Part shown: piece by piece, positions 49,572 to 63,341 of the stretch
How the letters are laid out: the number at the start of each line of letters is the position of its first letter
How positions within the stretch are numbered: the first letter of the stretch is position 1
DNA from: Felis catus
Taxonomy: Eukaryota
DNA length: 64,000 nt
NCBI RefSeq assembly: GCF_018350175.1
Contig: NC_058368.1
Span: forward strand, 62,436,001 to 62,500,000
Direction: 5' to 3'
Notes under the pieces: generated by a model
What the model was told of the DNA's origin: nothing
The model's database searches: none
What the model saw: only the letters and a program-made list of their open reading frames with translations
Made by a program: the position numbers and the translations under genes

Positions 49572-51720
49572 TTTGTTTGTTTGCTTTGGGGTTTTTGTTG
49601 TTTGTTTTTGTTTTAAATATAAATTATTATTAAGTTGGCTAACATACAGTGCATACAGTGTGCTCATGGTTTTGTTTTGGGGGTAGATTCCTGTGATTCG
49701 GTGCTTACATACAACACCCAGTGCTCATCCTAACAAGTGCCCTCCTCAATGCCCATCACCCATTTTCCCCTCTTCCCTGCCTCCCCATCCACCCTCAGTT
49801 TTTTCTCTGTATTTAAGAGTGTCTTTATGGTTTGCCTTGCTCTCTGTGACTATTTCCCCCCCTCCCTTCCCCATGGTCTTCTTTTAAGTTTCTCAAGATC
49901 CACATATGAATGAAAACACATGATATCTGTCTTTCTCTGTCTTATTTCACTTAGCATAATACCCTCCAGTTCCACCCACATTGCTGCAAATGACAGGATT
50001 TCACTCTTTCTCATTGCCAAGTAGTATTCCATTGTATATATAAACCACATCTTCTTTATCCATGCATCCGTTGATGAACATTTAGGCTCTTTATATAATT
50101 TGGCTATTGTTGAAAGTGCTGCTATAAACATTGGAGTGCAGGTGCCCCTTCGAATCAGCATTTTTGTATCTTCTGTATAAATTCCTAGTAGTGCTATTGC
50201 TGGGTCATACGGTAGTTCTATTTTTAATTTTTTGAGGAACCTCCACACTGTTTTCCAGAGTGGCTGCACCAGTTTGCATTCCCACCAATAGTGCAAGAGG
50301 GTTCCCATTCCTCCACATCCTCACCAGCACCTGTTGTTTCCTGATTTGTTCATTTTAGCCACTCTGACCAGTGTGAGGTGGTATCTCAGTGTGGCTTTGC
50401 TTTGTATTTCCCTGAGGATGAGTGACATTGAGCATCTTTCCATGTGTCTGTTTGTCATCTGGATGTCTTCTTTGGAAAAGTGTCTATTTATGTCTTCTGG
50501 CCATTTCTTCACTTGATTATTTGTTTTTTGGGTGTTGAGTTTGGTAAATTCTTTAAAGATTTTGGATACTAACCCTTTATCCAATATGTCACTTGCAAAT
50601 ATCTTCTCCCATTCTGTCAGTTGCCTTTTAGTTTTGTTGACTGTTTCTTTTGCAGTGCAGAAGCTTTTTATCTTGATGAGGTCCCAATAGTTCATTTTTG
50701 CTTTTAACTCCCTTGCCTTTGGAGACGTGTTGAGCACGAAATTACTGCGGCTGAGGTCAAAGAGGTTGTTGCCTGTTTTCTCCTCTAGACTTTGGATGGT
50801 TTCCTGTCTGACATTTAGGTCTTTCATCCATTTTGAGTTTATTTTTGTGTATGGTGTAAGAAGGGGTCCAGTTTCATTCTTCTGTGTGTTACTGTCCAGT
50901 TCTTACAGCACAATTTGTTAAAGAGACTTTTTTCCATTGGATACTCTTTCCTGCTTTGCCAAAAATCAGATGGCCATGCATTTGTGGATCCAATGCTGGG
51001 TTCTCTATTCTATTCCATTGGTCTATGTGTCTGATTTGTGCCAATACCATATCATCTTGATGATTACAGCTTTGTAATACAGCTTTTGAAGTCTGGGATT
51101 GCAATGCCTCCCACTTTGGTTTTCTTTTTCAACATTACTTTGGCTATGCTATTCAGGGTCTTTTGTGGTTCCATACAAATTTTAGGATTATTTTTTCTAG
51201 CTTTGAGAAGAATGTTGATGCAATTTTTATTGGAATTGCATTGAATATGTATATTGCTTTGGGTAGTATTGACATTTTGACAATATTTATTCTTCTAACC
51301 CATGAGCATGGAAGTCCTAGTATCAACAATCAGACAAAAAAAATCAATAAAGTGCATGAAAATTGGCAAAAAAGAAGTCAAACTTTCACTTTTTGAAGAT
51401 GACATGATACTCTACATGGAAAACCTGAAAGACTTCACCAAAAAGCTTCTGAACTGATACACAAATTCAGCAAAGTCACAGGATACAAAATCAACGTACA
51501 GAAATTGGTTGCATTTCTACACACCAATAATGAAGCAACAGAAAGAGAAATCAAGACATCAGTCCCATTTACCATTGTATCAAGAACCATAAAATACCTA
51601 GGAATAAACCTAACCAAAAATGTAAAAGATCTGTATGCTGAAAACTATAGAAAACTTATGTAGGAAATTGAAGAAGATACAAAGAAATGGAAAAACATTC
51701 CATGCTCATGGATTGGAAGA
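49572..51720 (-). mobile_element. 5'-truncated, 5'-inverted feline/carnivore L1 (twin priming)
   Basis: Minus-strand ORF2 C-terminus, 3' UTR and T-rich tail at 49572-51313 (ORFs [37 protein letters not shown] and [18 protein letters not shown]); plus-strand RT fragment at 51309-51720; 18-bp direct repeat aagatttcataagatttt at 49554-49571 and 51717-51734. Confidence 0.96.
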
Positions 51721-52591
51721 TTTCATAAGATTTTAAGTGATGATGTTTAAATAGAGAGTTTTGACATTGGTGCTCTTTTCCATTTTTTGTTTCCATTTAT
51801 CATTCACTCAACTTCTCTGAAGGCTATTTTCAGCAACTTCAAATTTAGTCCTGAAATTAAAGAAGTCACATGATGTGCTATGAGAAACAAGCAAGAAAAA
51901 GAAATAATTCTAGGCCTTGGTATGGTGATGGTGTATTTAAGGGCTAATTCTATGATGGTGGGCCTATTTTGGGATACCTAAACTTCTGTCTTTTTAACAT
52001 TTATGTCTTTCATCTCCCTTGGTCATGCACAACACCAGCAACTTGAGCTATTCCAAGGTGTGGGGGTAAGCATAGGGTTTGAACTATCTAGTTTTCAACT
52101 TAAGCCTAATTCAACTCCAGTTTGGACACTGATGGAATTTAGAGCTTGTGAATGAACTGATTAAATGATACTTTTAGAAGTGAATTTTTAGCAAAGAAAT
52201 GAGAAAAACACATTATCTGTACATCCTATTCGATAGAAATATGAGCACCCATATTCCAGAAATACTATGAAAGAAATATGTTCTCTTAATTTTTAACTTT
52301 TACACAGTAATTGTAAATCATGAGAATATTGAAATCAGAACAAATAAATCAATAGAAATTTGATATTAAACTTGGATTTCTGAAGTAATTTAGGCCCTTA
52401 TAATCCAGACAGGTCTCCCTAGATCTATTTGTATTCTACCTTGCTCTCTAGTCAATCTTCTACAAGTTGGTAGCTTTTTTTTTTGTAATCAAGCATAAAT
52501 CTTATGTTTCTTTCTTTACTAAAACTTTTTTTTTCATTTTAACCAATCTTCTGTGGCCTTCAAAAGAAGGGTGTCACTCCGTGACAGCTCT

Positions 52592-53106
52592 TGTTGTCGC
52601 ACCACCTTTGCTTGCTTCCTCTCTGGTTCTTCCACAGCTTTTGCAGACAGTTTCAGGAATGTCTGAAATCAAGTTATCTTCAATATTTTCTGCTCTTTCA
52701 ACAGCACAGTATTACTCTGCTCTGGGCTTTCTCTGATGAAGTGGACTCTGGAGGAAGCCCACTCAGCACACAGATATGTAAAACTAAAATATGTTAATAC
52801 TGTAGCCAATCACCACTCAGTGGAAACAAAAGCCGATGGGTAAGTACTTCGTCCTGCCCAGTACTCCAGTGCACACTTCTGAGAAGCAGTCTCTATCCTC
52901 CTTAAAAGGTCTCAGGTAGGAGTAATGTCCAGTTTTCCAGTGACACTAATAATACTGAGTAAGACATCTAGTACTACCTTTTCCTCATTCCTTCACTCCT
53001 CTCTCAAGTCCCTCATACGTTATTCAAGGTTATTTTCCACAAAAACGACCCACATATAAGTTCTTTCCTCAGGCTATACTTTTGAGGGAAACCCAGGCTA
53101 AGGCTA
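52592..53106 (+). mobile_element. LTR16-family (ERVL) solo LTR
   Basis: gggctttctctg...agccaatcacc...cttctgagaagcag...ctcaggctatacttttgagggaaacccaggctaagg resembles the LTR16 3' end; left boundary approximate. Confidence 0.68.
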
Positions 53107-54234
53107 TCACCTTAGGTAAATATTCAGTGGTAAATCCTAAGCTAACCGGAAATCAATTGTGATTAGAAAGTGTGAAATTTCAGACATGGAAAACTCTGTA
53201 TGATGCCAAGGTCCAGGCTTTGCCCTTGGAAAAGTATACTTTGTGGATACAGAATGAGGGTCCACATCACTGTGGCCACTAAGCACATGAAATACCAGGA
53301 CATCGGCAGAAGTGGGCAACATCCTACTGAACCATCTTTTAATATCTATGCCAAAGCAAGGAGACAGCAAAGCCATTCAAAAATGGTCTCCTTCTTGCTT
53401 TTTTAAAGTACAAATGAAATAATTTTCTAAATCTCCTTGAAATTCTATGTGACATTAGGGCTCCTCTGATGTCTCACTTCAACCCTTCTTTTTCCTCGAT
53501 ATGTGTGTTAAGCTAAACAAGGTCCAATAGCCCTAACATTAACAAAAACAAACAGTACAACCAACAAGAGTAATAGTAGCTTCCAATTAGCCCCATTTCC
53601 AATAATCATCTAACCTGATAGTCATACAGTCTAGAAAATGAAATACTAATCATACATGTCTTTGGTTTTCAAACCTGGGCTCTAAGGGGACAAAAGTAAC
53701 TTGGTAAATACTTCTGGAATTAATGACATACTTGAGAAACAAAACAAAACCATGATCGTGAAAAAAACAAACTAACAAACCAGCCACTCTGATGCACTTT
53801 TCTTGTATTAGCACAATATTCCCATTGCTAAGAGGAAGAAATAACAGATGGCAAGTAAGTAGCAAGATAAGTTATTAGGTTTCATGATTAGGGGCTCTGA
53901 ATTCTGATCACTGGAGCCAGCAAAACCTCAGAGAATCAATGAATGCACAGTAAGTCTGGGAAGATAACCCAGCAGTGACTTACATGCTTCTCTGAATACA
54001 GAAGCAGAAGACAAGTTCTCATGCCCACAGTGTGGCAGACAAAGAAAAGATAGATTCTGCAGAAAGGAAGAATATAGTTAACGTACAATAACAAATGATT
54101 TATTAACAGATAGCCACATGGACAGATAGCCAAGGGCAGACAGGATCGTGAACTTATCCATGACACCTAAAAGGAGAGATGACTTTAAAGACTTAAAGAA
54201 TGATACAGAATTTTAGTAAAGATGACCTTAAAGT

Positions 54235-54367
54235 CCTCTATAACATCATTCTCTAATATAAGTTTTTAATATACTAGTATTTTAAACACTAAGTCTAAGT
54301 TATTTTCATTAATTAAACTAGATTTATTAATTATCTTAAATATGGTGATGGTAAGGTATTTCAGTGT
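54235..54367 (+). repeat. Donor copy of a 133-bp local duplication (other copy at 55702-55834)
   Basis: Ungapped alignment, 8 mismatches in 133 bp by manual count. Confidence 0.95.
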
Positions 54368-54515
54368 CTTCAAATATGTCACCTTAGGGTACACAAGCTT
54401 TCCTAAAAATATGATGAAGCTCTACTAAAAGACAGTATATTTGAATTGATGGAAAATTTGGTCTCTGCCACCAGGAGGAATGTAAATTTATAAGATATTA
54501 AAATTAGTTACAGTA

Positions 54516-54732
54516 GGGCACCTACAAGGCTCAATTGGTTAAGCATCTGACTTTGGTTCAGGTCATAATCTCAGGGTTCGTGAGTTCTTAACTGCACATC
54601 GGGCTCTTTGCTTTCAGTGCAGAACCCACTTCAGATCCTCTGTCTCCTCTCTCTATCCCTTCCTGATGCTAGCACACATGAGCTTTCTCTCTCTCCCTCT
54701 AAAAAATAAAATAAATAAATAAATAAAATAAT
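54516..54732 (+). mobile_element. Older Can-SINE
   Basis: gggcacctacaaggctcaattggttaagcatctgactttggttcaggtcat..., (AAAT)n tail. Confidence 0.92.
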
Positions 54733-55537
54733 AAAATGAGTTCTAGAAAAGCACAATTACAATTAGTAGTTGTGTCATCAGAATGTGGACTAAGAGTTAA
54801 AGCTGAGGGAACTTTAGGAAACTGAAATTTGCAAATGCTGAGTCGGGTAAACAGAGCATACTGTGCTGTGTGATAATTTTACTTAATCTAGAATGTAAAG
54901 ACAAATTAATGCTAATGAGATGGAATTTTAGTTGTTAAATTGGAATAAAAAATAAAAATAACCTTAATCTTCCTAGTTTTCTTAAACTATGGCTTATCGA
55001 AAAAATCTTATGCAAATTCCATTGTGTGCATATAGTTCGCTGATAAGTATTTCTATAGAAGTTCTTCCTCATTTCATTTCTGTATGCGAACCTTAAAACT
55101 GCAAGTTAAATTCAACTTGTCAAGCCATATTTTAGGTCAATATATACTTCTGTCAATTTCAAATCATTTCACTACTTTCTTTTTCTCGAACAGATCTTTG
55201 TTCAATTCTTATATTCTGATAAAATTTGGATAAGAACTGTCTACTTCTGAACCAAGAGGTTTATGGTTGAGATTATACATAAGTAGATATTATCCACTGA
55301 AAGATCAAATGTAGATATTTGCCAATATATTATATTTATAAAGATTTAAAATAAAAATATTTTATGCCACTATTTTAACATGGATGAATTACTCTAGAGA
55401 TTCAATAGACTATAGATTATTAATAATCACAACTAATGAAAAATGTCAGACAACAATTTCAATTATTTTCTACTCCTTTGTATAATCATGAAGGGTAAAA
55501 AATAGAACAGAATTCTTTTTTTTCAGGATGATGATGA

Positions 55538-55701
55538 TTTTTTTTTCAAGTTTTTATTTAAATTCCAGTTAGTTAACATACAGTGTAATATTAGTTTCAG
55601 GTGTAGAACTGAGTGATTTCACACTCAAATACAACACTTGCTCATCACACCAAGTCCCTTCCTTAATCCCTGTTATTATTTAACCCATCCCCACCCACCA
55701 A
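55538..55701 (-). mobile_element. Short carnivore L1 3' end, fused at its 5' side to the duplicated 133-bp segment
   Basis: Poly-T then ttcaagtttttatttaaattccagttagttaacatacagtgtaatattagtttcagg...cccatccccacccacc, the antisense L1 3' terminus. Confidence 0.92.
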
Positions 55702-55834
55702 CCTCTATAACAGCATTCTTTAATATAAGTTTTTAATATACTAGTATTTTAAACACTAAGTCTAAATTATTTTCATTAATTAAACTAGATTTATTAATTA
55801 TCTTAAATATGGTGGCGGTAAGGGATTGTAGTGT
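55702..55834 (+). repeat. Second copy of the 133-bp segment at 54235-54367
   Basis: cctctataaca...ggtaagggattgtagtgt, colinear with the donor copy. Confidence 0.95.
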
Positions 55835-56639
55835 ATTATTTATTTTGGGTATACTAAATCATCACATGCCCTGCGTGTTCTTTTTATCGGTCTTCTGAAA
55901 ATTCAGTCAAATTCTGTAGTCAATTACAACACAAATTCACCTAATATCAAAATTTTTTTAAAAAAATTGTATGACAAATACTCTCTGTGTTAAAAGCTGA
56001 GTAAAATTCCTTATTGATTGAATTACTTGATTTTTTTTTATTTCAGACATTACGCTGAAAATATATATGCATTATATCTATACATTTTCAAAAATAGCTC
56101 TTTAATACCAACCTAGACAATAATGTAATATAATTATACATTTTCAAACAAGAGTATTATATAATAGACATTTCTTAATTAATACAGTTTGAATTATTTT
56201 ATGTCCAATTTGAGCACAGTAAAATTATTGTATATTTGAGTTTTACTGATAATTCGAGTTAACAGAATCTGTAATATAATACTATCCACTTTATTTATTA
56301 TCTAACCATTCTTCTTTTCAAGTCTATTTTATGAAGCTTTTTAAATGCATTTCAAATGAATAACTGAACATTTACCATGAGAAGGCATGTTGTAAGGTTT
56401 TGTGTGCTTCCTTCTTTGAAGCAATATGTTTACTGAGATTTAGGTTTGGCTTTTCTTAGGAAGAAAATAATCCTTGGATTATTAACTATATTCTTGACAT
56501 TAAAAAGCAATTGTACTTTTTTTTTTTCAATTCCAAAAGTAAGAACATTTGACACCTAAGGATACATTTTATTTTTTTAAGAACAGACACTCAACCTAGG
56601 GCATAGTGGTGGTAGCCATAGCAACAACAACCTTTAGAC

Positions 56640-58490
56640 CTGCTCCAATTTCTAAACCTAGATTATCTCAAACACCTACAATAAAGTTCTGTCAGAAGGA
56701 AGGCCATGACCATTGTCGGGCAAAAAAGCTTTTAAACTCATCTCTACAGTCCTGATAGGATGCCTGGATTCAGGAAAATTGCAAGGCATATGAAAAGGCA
56801 AAGAAAGACCCACTCTGAAGAGATGAGGCAATCATCAGAACCACACTTAATTATGACAAAGTTATAGTAATTGTGTGACCGAGACTATAAAATAACTATT
56901 ATTAATATTGTGGTAAATGCTCTATTGGAAAAGGTGGTTCAATAGGCAAACTCAAATGGACAATTTCAACAGACAGAAATTATAAGACACAATGAAGCAG
57001 AAATGCTAAAAATAGTATACAGAGTAAAAAAAAAAATAGGAAATTCTTTTGCTGTGTGCATCTGTATTCTAAACACAGTTAAGGAAAGATTCAGTGAACT
57101 TGAAGATAAGTCAATATAGATTATTGAAAAAGGCACACAAAGAGAAAAGTGAGTGAAAAAAAATACAAGAAAAGATTATCCAAAAGTCATGGGACATTAT
57201 CAATCCATCTAATTTATGTGCACTCTAAATTTGAGAAGAGAATGAGAGAATAGGGTGGAAGAGACGTTTGAGAAAACAATGTCTACAGACTTCTTAAAAT
57301 CAATGACACGCATCAAACCACAAATCCAAGGAGATCAGAGAACCCTAATATAATGGATATACTAAGACATTTACGCAATGGAATATTGCTCAGAAATGAA
57401 AAAGAGCAAACTAACAACTGTTACAACAGCAGTAATGAATAATAAATGCATTTTTTCTAAGTGAAAATTCCTAAGGTATTTCTAAGCGGTTATTCTAGAC
57501 CCAAAGGCTAACAAAATATGCTTCCTTTATAGAACACTCTGGTAAAGGCAAAACTATAGGGACAAAAAAAAAAATTAGTTGTCGTCAAGATTTGGAGGAG
57601 AATGGAATGTGTTTAATAAAAGGAATACCATTTTGAAGGTAATATTACATTTTGTATGTAACTGTGTTATTATAAACAACTATTTGCATTTTTTGAAATT
57701 CATAAAACTGTACACCACAAAATGTAAATTTTACTGAATGGGAAATCTAAAAAAATCTACTAGAATGTTTGGCAAGGAAGTGTAGACTGTAATAAGTGAC
57801 TCTAACTGTATTACAAATGAATCACAGAACTACTCTGAAAGGGATTAGAAAGACAGGAATTGGCTTGGGTAAATATTTTAAGTCTAAAGACAAAAAGAAA
57901 TTTGCAAACACATTGTATTTCATACAAGGGACTGCTAAACAAATAAATAATAAAAATGTCATAAGAATCAGCCTGAAAGAGCCAAAAATGTGAATCCATA
58001 ATTGTACAAAAAAAAATAACTGAATAAATAAATACACAGAAGTAACAACTCTTTTTTACAGAAGAATTTTGGTTCATAGATGTAAAAGAAAATAAATACC
58101 ACCTTTAGAATAACCCAGGAATAATTGCTACAGGCACTGATGGATGATAAATTTAAAAGGTGAATATTTCAGCAGAAACAAAGTATTTACATAGTGTCAA
58201 GATATCTCCCCAACACATCTCATAAGTTCCAAGGGAAAAAATATTAAGTTCATATCATGCCAGATGCCACCTTAAGCAAATGATCAAGGTTAATAGCACT
58301 AGTAACATATACAGACTTAATGTACCCCCAATATGAGGTTGTGAGATAACACAACTTCCATAGTATCCTACTTAATAATGTATAGCTTTAATTTAATGAT
58401 GAGAAAGTCATCAGAAAAATCCAAATTAAAGGACTTCTATATATAACTGGCCAATATATTTCAAAAGTTTCAAGGTATTTTAAGATACGA
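56640..58490 (+). mobile_element. Ancient L1: ORF1 region joined to an L1MC3-like 3' end
   Basis: gcaaggcatatgaaaaggcaaag...aggaaagattcagtgaacttgaagataagtcaata (ORF1); from about 57370 caatggaatattgctcag...ggtaaaggcaaaactataggg...ctaactgtattacaaatg...ccaccttaagcaaatgatcaaggttaa (L1MC 3' UTR). Confidence 0.8.
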
Positions 58491-58769
58491 GATGATTGAA
58501 GGTCGTCAAGACTGAACTCTGGCTCAGGGTCATAAATACAACTTATAGTTATTACCTGGTTTATGGGAAATGATACTTTGATACCCGGAGTACCCGGAGT
58601 ACCTCTGTGCCTGCTCTAAAAGAAACAGCACTATTGTGTATGGCTAAGAAAACTGACTACTGATGTATGGCAGACAATCCGTATCTTAACAAAAAAGAAT
58701 AAACACATATGACACTTCAAAGGTCTAAACACTTCATGCTAGATATTTATGAAATAGCAATATAGATAT

Positions 58770-59580
58770 TATAGTCAATAAAGAATTTACCTAAATTCAA
58801 TCAACAAAAATAGATATGCATATTTTCATATTAATTAAAGAAATTGAATCCATAACTAAAATCTTTCCTGTAAATAAAACTGCAGATGCAGATGACTTCA
58901 ACAATGGATTCTACTAACTATTTAAGAAAGAAATAATACCAGTTCTGAAAAAATTCTTCCTGAGGTAGAAATAATTCCCAAATCTCTCTGTGAAAGCAAT
59001 ATTAAATTGATATTACCCTGACAGTGTAACACATCAAGAGCAGAAAGACATCATCAGGAAAACCAAAAGAAAACAACAACAACAAAACAAACAAACTACA
59101 GCTAAATATTTTTGGTGATCCTAATATAAATTAAAATATTGCATATAATATCCAGAATTAGGAATAAACCAAATTTCTAACACTTGATGTATATGGATAA
59201 AAAGATTGTGGTTTCTCCATTCAAAGGCATAATACTCAACAATTAAAAAGAATGCACTCCTGATATATGGATAAAGCTCAAAAGCATTAGGATAAGTAAA
59301 ATACTTTATATACAAAAGACTCCAAGCCATTTAATTGAATTTTTATGGCATTCTGGGAAAGGCAAAACTCTATGAACTAAAATCAGATGTGAGGGGGCAT
59401 AATTAGGAAAGACATGACTGTGAAGAAGCCAGAGTAGACATTTTAATTTGATGGAAATGGTCTAATTACAGTGATGTATAATTGTAGTGATGGTTGCATG
59501 ACTATATATATGTTTTTAAAACTTTTTTAAAACATTACAAATTTAATGAATACATTTTTGCATGCTTTTAATATCTAAAA
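58770..59580 (+). mobile_element. Ancient L1M ORF2 and 3'-end fragments
   Basis: aaagaaattgaatccataactaaaatctttcc...cagatgacttcaacaatggattctactaactatttaagaaagaaataataccagttc; 3' piece ggcattctgggaaaggcaaaact...ggttgcatgactatata. Confidence 0.72.
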
Positions 59581-60959
59581 TAGAGAATTTTAAAAGAATA
59601 GGTCTTAAGGAGTTTGCCTGATAAAACCTTTAAGTTTCTATGTAATCTGACTTGGGAAAACTGGAATCTGGGTGTTCTATGTTACACACAGCATCACACA
59701 TAAGGCAACTAGGTTAGCAATTTCTCCATTTCCCTAGACCCAGTGTGTATCAGCCTGACGTTCTAATACCCGGTCAGAATAGTTTCTCAGAAAATAATAG
59801 AGGGCTTTTTTTTTTTTTATTTTATCCGTGGAAAAAGATGTGGTTCTTAGCCAAGTGAGTAATGTTGAATGTTAAATCCAAGGGATGAAACAAGGGGTTT
59901 TCCAAGAGACCGTATCAAAGGTTAGAAAAGGCGGATTCAAATTTATGGAGAGGGGTGACTACTATATATTTTAGCTATTACATATATCTGTATGTACCAT
60001 GAAAATAATATAATCTAACCCTTCTGTATTTTTTTATAAGCAGATTAGTTCATTTATGCTGACAGGATGCCAAAGCAAAGTCTGTAGTAAACAAATACAA
60101 TTCTCAATATGCTTTAGTATTCGTCCACATTTTATCATTTCAAATAGGTTTTTATAACATTTTAATCTTATGAAGTTAAAAAAAACTATTGAAGTTTGAA
60201 AAAAACTTTTTCAGTTTCAGATTCTTTATGAAGAAAAAAACAACTACAAACTCTGAGCTGAAACTCGTTACATATTTTGATTTTTGTTCCCAAGGCAAGT
60301 GGTAATTCCTTCTGCCTTCCCCACATAACAGTTAAGAGTCATTATCCACTGCTTTATTGTAATACTATGTACACCAACCTGTAAATTATCACCCAAATCC
60401 TCTAAAACTGCAAAGTGGCTGACTGTAGTAAAAGGTGCTTTATTGATTACAATTTCCAGTTTTCATATTCTGCTGACGAATACAGGATACAGTCTCATCC
60501 TACTGATGAATGCAGTCTTTTGTTCCTCTTAGATGTCAAATCCTGCAGGATATCATGTTGAGTTAGAAAGATCAAAGAATGGAGATGATTTTAATGAATA
60601 TAGCCTTGTAATTCTTGCACATTTTTCTTTGCCAATACTGTGTATGAGGATTTAGAATTAAAAAATAAAGAAAAGAAAAACTGTCAATTTTAATAAGGAC
60701 AAGACTGAATGTACCATTAATATCACACTGACACAATGAAAAGTCTTCAGTCCAAGATCTAAACACTGAGAAATCTCAAAGTCATATATGGTTTCCTTTA
60801 ATTGTCAAATTAAGACTAAAAAGATATAAGAAATACATAATCTTCATAAATCAAATAAACCACCTACTAGGTGAATAAAGAAAATGCTGATAATATTACT
60901 TCTGGAAGTGACTTAGATGGTTAAAGAAAGTAGGCAAAAATTAAAATAAGAGCATTATA

Positions 60960-61175
60960 GGGGTGCCTGGGTGGCTCAGTCAACTAATCACCTGACTTTG
61001 TCTCAGGTTATGATCTTGTGATTCCTGAGTTCAAGCCCCACACCGGGGTCTCTGCTGTCAGTGAAGAGCCCACTTCAGATTCTCTGTCTCCCTCTCTCCC
61101 TGCCCCCGTCTGTTTGTAAGGATGCATTCTCTCTTTCTTTCAAAAAATGATAAACATTAAGAAACAAAAGAAAAG
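60960..61175 (+). mobile_element. Can-SINE
   Basis: ggggtgcctgggtggctcagtc...; TSD core agcattat on both sides. Confidence 0.93.
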
Positions 61176-62659
61176 AAAAGCATTATGCTATTCAATATGC
61201 AGAAGTATAGTAAATGTAATAGTGCAAGACATGGAACCCTCCGTTTTCCTCTCATAATAATAATAAAGTTGGTTTCAGAAACCAATTCTCTGCTGATGAG
61301 TTTAAGGAGGCAATATTTAGATGCTACTGCCCATAGCACAATGAAGTGACCCCCCAGATTTTTCTAAAGTGAAAAAAAGCACCATATGTTAAGATTATCA
61401 GGCATTTGCTACAGCCTTGAGCAAGAAATTCTGGTTATATACAGGCCTATTGACCTTACTAATGCATAAGAAAATTAACAGCTGTATCTGTCCTGTGTTC
61501 CTCTTCCTCTTTCCCTCTCTCTCCACCCTCATTATCACAAGATGGTTGCAACAATGTCAGACATCATGCCCTCACAATGCAATGTCTAAAAGTTGAAAGA
61601 GGGAGTTTTTTAAATGCTCTTTTAAAATGTCAAATGTTATGCATGGAATATGTTGAAAGGCTATCTTATCCTAGATTCTAAAAGCCACTGAATGTCAAGT
61701 GTTTTGTTTTCAGAATATGAGCTAAAATTAAGTATTCACACATTTCAAAGAGCCAAGATACACAAAAAATCAGAACAACAGCAAAATATCAGTCATCACT
61801 GCAAGATTTGTTTTTAAATCATTGGTAGCATTTCAGAAAGTGAATAAAATATGCTTTATATAATTTTAGGTATAAGCAAGAGGAGAAATATTTATAAACT
61901 AGTTCTCCTCGAATGGAAGCTTTAATAAATACAGGATCCATTAAGTATCCCTGGAAAAATAATCCCTTGATCAATGAAGCTTGAGAAACATAATTCACAT
62001 TCAATTATTTAGAACTCTTGGTAGCCCTACTATAAAGAATTTTTTAATGTTTTCCACCCACAGAAATAATGTGTTTGTAGGTGCATGAAACTGTTAACAA
62101 AATATTATTTCAAATTATGAAATAATAATTTTGTGCTCTACTAAAGGGTAACATTTCCACAAAGCATTGAATTCAAATATGGAATTATCTTATGATGACG
62201 ATTCACTAAATATTGCATGTGTCCCACTTTCATTACATATTTGGTAGGCTGGTATTGAGAGATGAGAGAAGACAATCACAACTAGATTGAAGACATGAAT
62301 GTATGTTAATAACTGGCTTATTAAAATCAGTTTCAAAATTTAGATTCAAAAATTAAGACTCAAGTTGTTAGTGAGTTACACTATGTGTAGTTAAGGGCTT
62401 TCTTATTTTGCCAATATTTTTAAAACATCAGTGTATAAAAGCACCCATTCATAATCTTTTCTGGAGATCATATTTTAATGAATGTTTTAATGTCTTTCCT
62501 TTTTAAATAAATATAGCAATATTAAAATTCACGTTTCTCTCCTTGAATCAAATTAAACACTCTGTATTTTTCTCAAATATAAATAGTAATAATAAGAAGA
62601 AGAGATGGAAACTCTAGAAGTGAGAAATAGAATTTCTGAAATTAAAACTTTACTGGGTA

Positions 62660-62850
62660 GAGGCACCTGGGTGACTCAGTTGGTTAAGCGTGCAACTTCG
62701 GCTCAGGTCATGATCTCACAGTCTTGTGAGTTCAAGCCCTGCATTGGGCTTTGCACTGACAGCGCAGGGGCTGGTTGGGATTCTCTCCCTCCCTCTCTGT
62801 CTGCCTCTTTCTCTCTCTTTCTCTCAAAATAACTAAATAAACTTTAAAAA
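62660..62850 (+). mobile_element. Can-SINE
   Basis: ggcacctgggtgactcagttggttaagcg...; degenerate TSD tactgggtag / tactagggtag. Confidence 0.93.
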
Positions 62851-63067
62851 ATTATACTAGGGTAGACTTAGCCAAATGAACAGGACAGAAGAATGACTAA
62901 ATGAATTTGATAGAAGAACAGTAGAAACAATCCAAGATAAAGAACAGAAAGAAACAATATTTCAAATAATACCTGGGGCCTCAAGTATATGTTTAATGGC
63001 ATCACAAGGTCAAAAGTGCATGGAACTAGAATGACAGCAAAAGAGGATAGGACAGAAAAAAATTCTT

Positions 63068-63102
63068 TTAAAAAAATTAATTAAATGTTTTTAGTGTTTA
63101 TT

Positions 63103-63160
<58 letters not shown>

Positions 63161-63308
63161 TGCAAGTGGGGGAGGGGCAGAAAGAGAGGGAGGCTCCAGC
63201 TCTGAGTGGTCAGCACAGAGCCTGATGCGGGGCTTGAACTCACCAAGTGTCAGATCATGACCTGAGCTGAAGTTGGTCACTTAACCAACTGAGCCACCCA
63301 GGTGCCCC
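63068..63308 (-). mobile_element. Can-SINE with a long (GA)n tract
   Basis: Reverse body ending gagccacccaggtgcccc; (GA)n at about 63106-63154. Confidence 0.94.
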
Positions 63309-63341
63309 AGAAAACAAAATTCTTAAAAGATGTCATGGGTG

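Noticed and set aside
49850..51104. Well-preserved L1 ORF2 ORFs suggesting an active element
   Set aside because: Element is 5'-truncated, inverted and frameshifted; no promoter, ORF1 or endonuclease
53880..54166. Possible short LTR or TIR element bounded by tcatga...catgaca
   Set aside because: Terminal match is too short, with no TSD and no family recognised
58583..58604. tacccggag tandem repeat
   Set aside because: About 2.5 copies of a 9-mer; ordinary slippage
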